Below are positions 62,176-64,000 of a stretch of DNA of 64,000 nucleotides, one piece after another (the first letter of the stretch is position 1; the number at the start of each line of letters is the position of its first letter). The stretch lies in the NCBI GenBank assembly GCA_964234715.1, contig OZ174284.1; one strand, given 5' to 3'. Source of the stretch: Podarcis melisellensis. Taxonomy: Eukaryota. The notes beneath the pieces were generated by a model. It ran no database searches, was not told the origin of the DNA, and worked only from the letters and a program-made list of their open reading frames with translations. A program made the position numbers and the translations under genes.

Positions 62176-64000
62176 CCGAAGAGTCTTTGGCAGAAACTAG
62201 AAAAAGCAAAAATACCAATTCCAGCCCAAACCGAACAGATTATGTCAGTGATAATGAGAAATGTAATGTAGCATCATGATATACTGGTGAATTGTCTTCC
62301 TTGCTCCTGCTGACGTGTTCTCTCTCTCACGCCTTCTGTGCCTTCGTGAGGAACTGATGTTTTAAAAGTCATCCTTGTCTGTCTCTTACCGAAAAGGTCA
62401 CCTGTTCCCGCTCACTCTCCTTTCCTCCCTGACATCTGTTTCACTAGTCAAGTGCACATCTGCTAATCTTTTTCTAATGGGCCATCACTCACCCCAGGGA
62501 ATGGTTCTACCTAGGGAGCTGGGTAAGAAAAGAAGAGCGTAGGAGAGGGAGACAGGAGAGGAACGGCTGGGGAAAGGCAAAACTTCTAACAATTCCACAT
62601 TCCAGAGTGGAAGGGAAAATACAAAACAGAACACGGAGAGCCAGAGACACAATGAAAAAGCAAAGCAAAGAGGAAGCCAGAAGCAAATTATTAGGATGGG
62701 AAAATAATGAGGGGAGGGGAGGCTGAAGACATGCAATACAACTAAAGCACATGACTTCCCTCAAAGAACCCTGGCATACAAAACAAACAACGATGAGGAT
62801 AATATATGAAGCCCAAACTAGACGCTTTGTTGGGGGTGTTTAACAAAGTTGCAGGAGTGGGAGGAATGATGGTCAGCACACACTTGGCTGTTTCACACCA
62901 GCTGTTGGACCAACCTATCTCACAAGGTTTCTATGAAGGAAGGAAACAGGTGGTGGTGAGGGAGATTCAGTTTTCCTGCTCAACCACAGATCTCACTTAC
63001 AGTGCAATCAAGAGCTAGCTCAACTGAGTTCAGTAGAATTGACTCACTTTGGATCTTGAGCCAGCTGTCAGCCTAACCAATCCCACAAGGTTGCTGTGAG
63101 ATTAGAAACGGGGAGGCGAACCATGTACAATGGCAGGCATAAAATGTAAGCAATATTCAGAGGCATACTTAGCTGCTATGAAGTTAATTCATTGATAGAC
63201 CTATGCTCCATAAATTTGTCCTAAAGAAAGTGGCCATCACTATTCCCAGTGACAAGGAGGTTGACAAACCTATTATGTGTTGTATAAAGAAGTACTTTCT
63301 TTTGGCTATTGTGATAGGGCAGGTTAATCTAAGACAGGAGTGGGGAACCTGCGATTCTGCAGAAGTTGTTTGACTCCCATCAACCACAGCAAGCATAGCC
63401 AATGGTCAGGGATGATGGGAGTTGGAGTCCAACAACATATGGAAGGCCACAAGTTCCTCACATCTGACCTAAAAAGAGAGTAAAGTCTTATCTACACTAC
63501 ACTAGCTCATCTTTATTATTACTTCATACTTTCCAGGGCTGAGTCACGGCACTGATTTTAAAAATGTTCTGAAGTTAAGCTGTGGCAATACTGGTTCAAA
63601 TTAAACCCTTTCCAGAGGTCTTAGCACATACTGTTGTTATGTTCTGATGGTTATTCTATAAATAGTCCTAAACAGTACATTAACTCAAGCTTATGTAAAA
63701 TTTAAATGAAGTAACTCACGCCAAAATCTCCCTTTAGCTACATGGCTCTTGGATAACCTCTCCATCATATAAGTCATGTGTTTATAATATTTGAATACTA
63801 GTAGATGATTATACTGATTGTTCTTTGCCCTTAGTCGTTGCCAATCAAAATGATAACTACTCAGCTCCTTTAATTTTTCTTTTATGTCAGAGCTTTCTTT
63901 TTAAAAAATGATTTATGTTTTTATACAGGCCTCCTCTGAGCTGGGCATCATTATTTTTTAAGAATGAGGTGGCTACATTAGTGCTTATTATACAAAGCAG

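Overview
Eukaryotic genomic DNA from a squamate reptile: Sauria SINEs are present, and a lacertid lizard is likely but that is inference. The whole window lies inside one minus-strand gene, the T-type voltage-gated calcium channel alpha-1I subunit (CACNA1I/Cav3.3). I resolved 27 consecutive GT-AG coding exons (57283 down to the TGA at 2990-2992) that join in frame into 1543 aa, from the domain II S1-S2 loop through domains III and IV to the C-terminus (...SKRNR*). Visible pore residues are E(II), D(III) and D(IV) of the T-type EEDD filter. The 5' exons lie beyond 64000, and the 3' UTR runs toward position 1 with two candidate AATAAA signals. Introns hold Sauria and other tRNA-derived SINEs, L2/CR1/L1 3' fragments, Tc1/pogo- and hAT-type MITEs, solo LTRs and microsatellites. 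No prokaryotic or CRISPR-type system is present, and most ORF-track entries are spurious. The best leads are unannotated splicing structures: (1) a candidate 18-nt in-frame microexon (VEPFPG) with a 26-nt poison alternative at 62493-62518; (2) a distant branch point with a 232-nt AG-free zone in the III-IV linker intron; (3) a candidate 90-nt C-terminal cassette exon; (4) a recursive-splice-like AG|GT site; (5) inverted MITE copies flanking the domain IV exons. All are sequence-based hypotheses that need RNA evidence.
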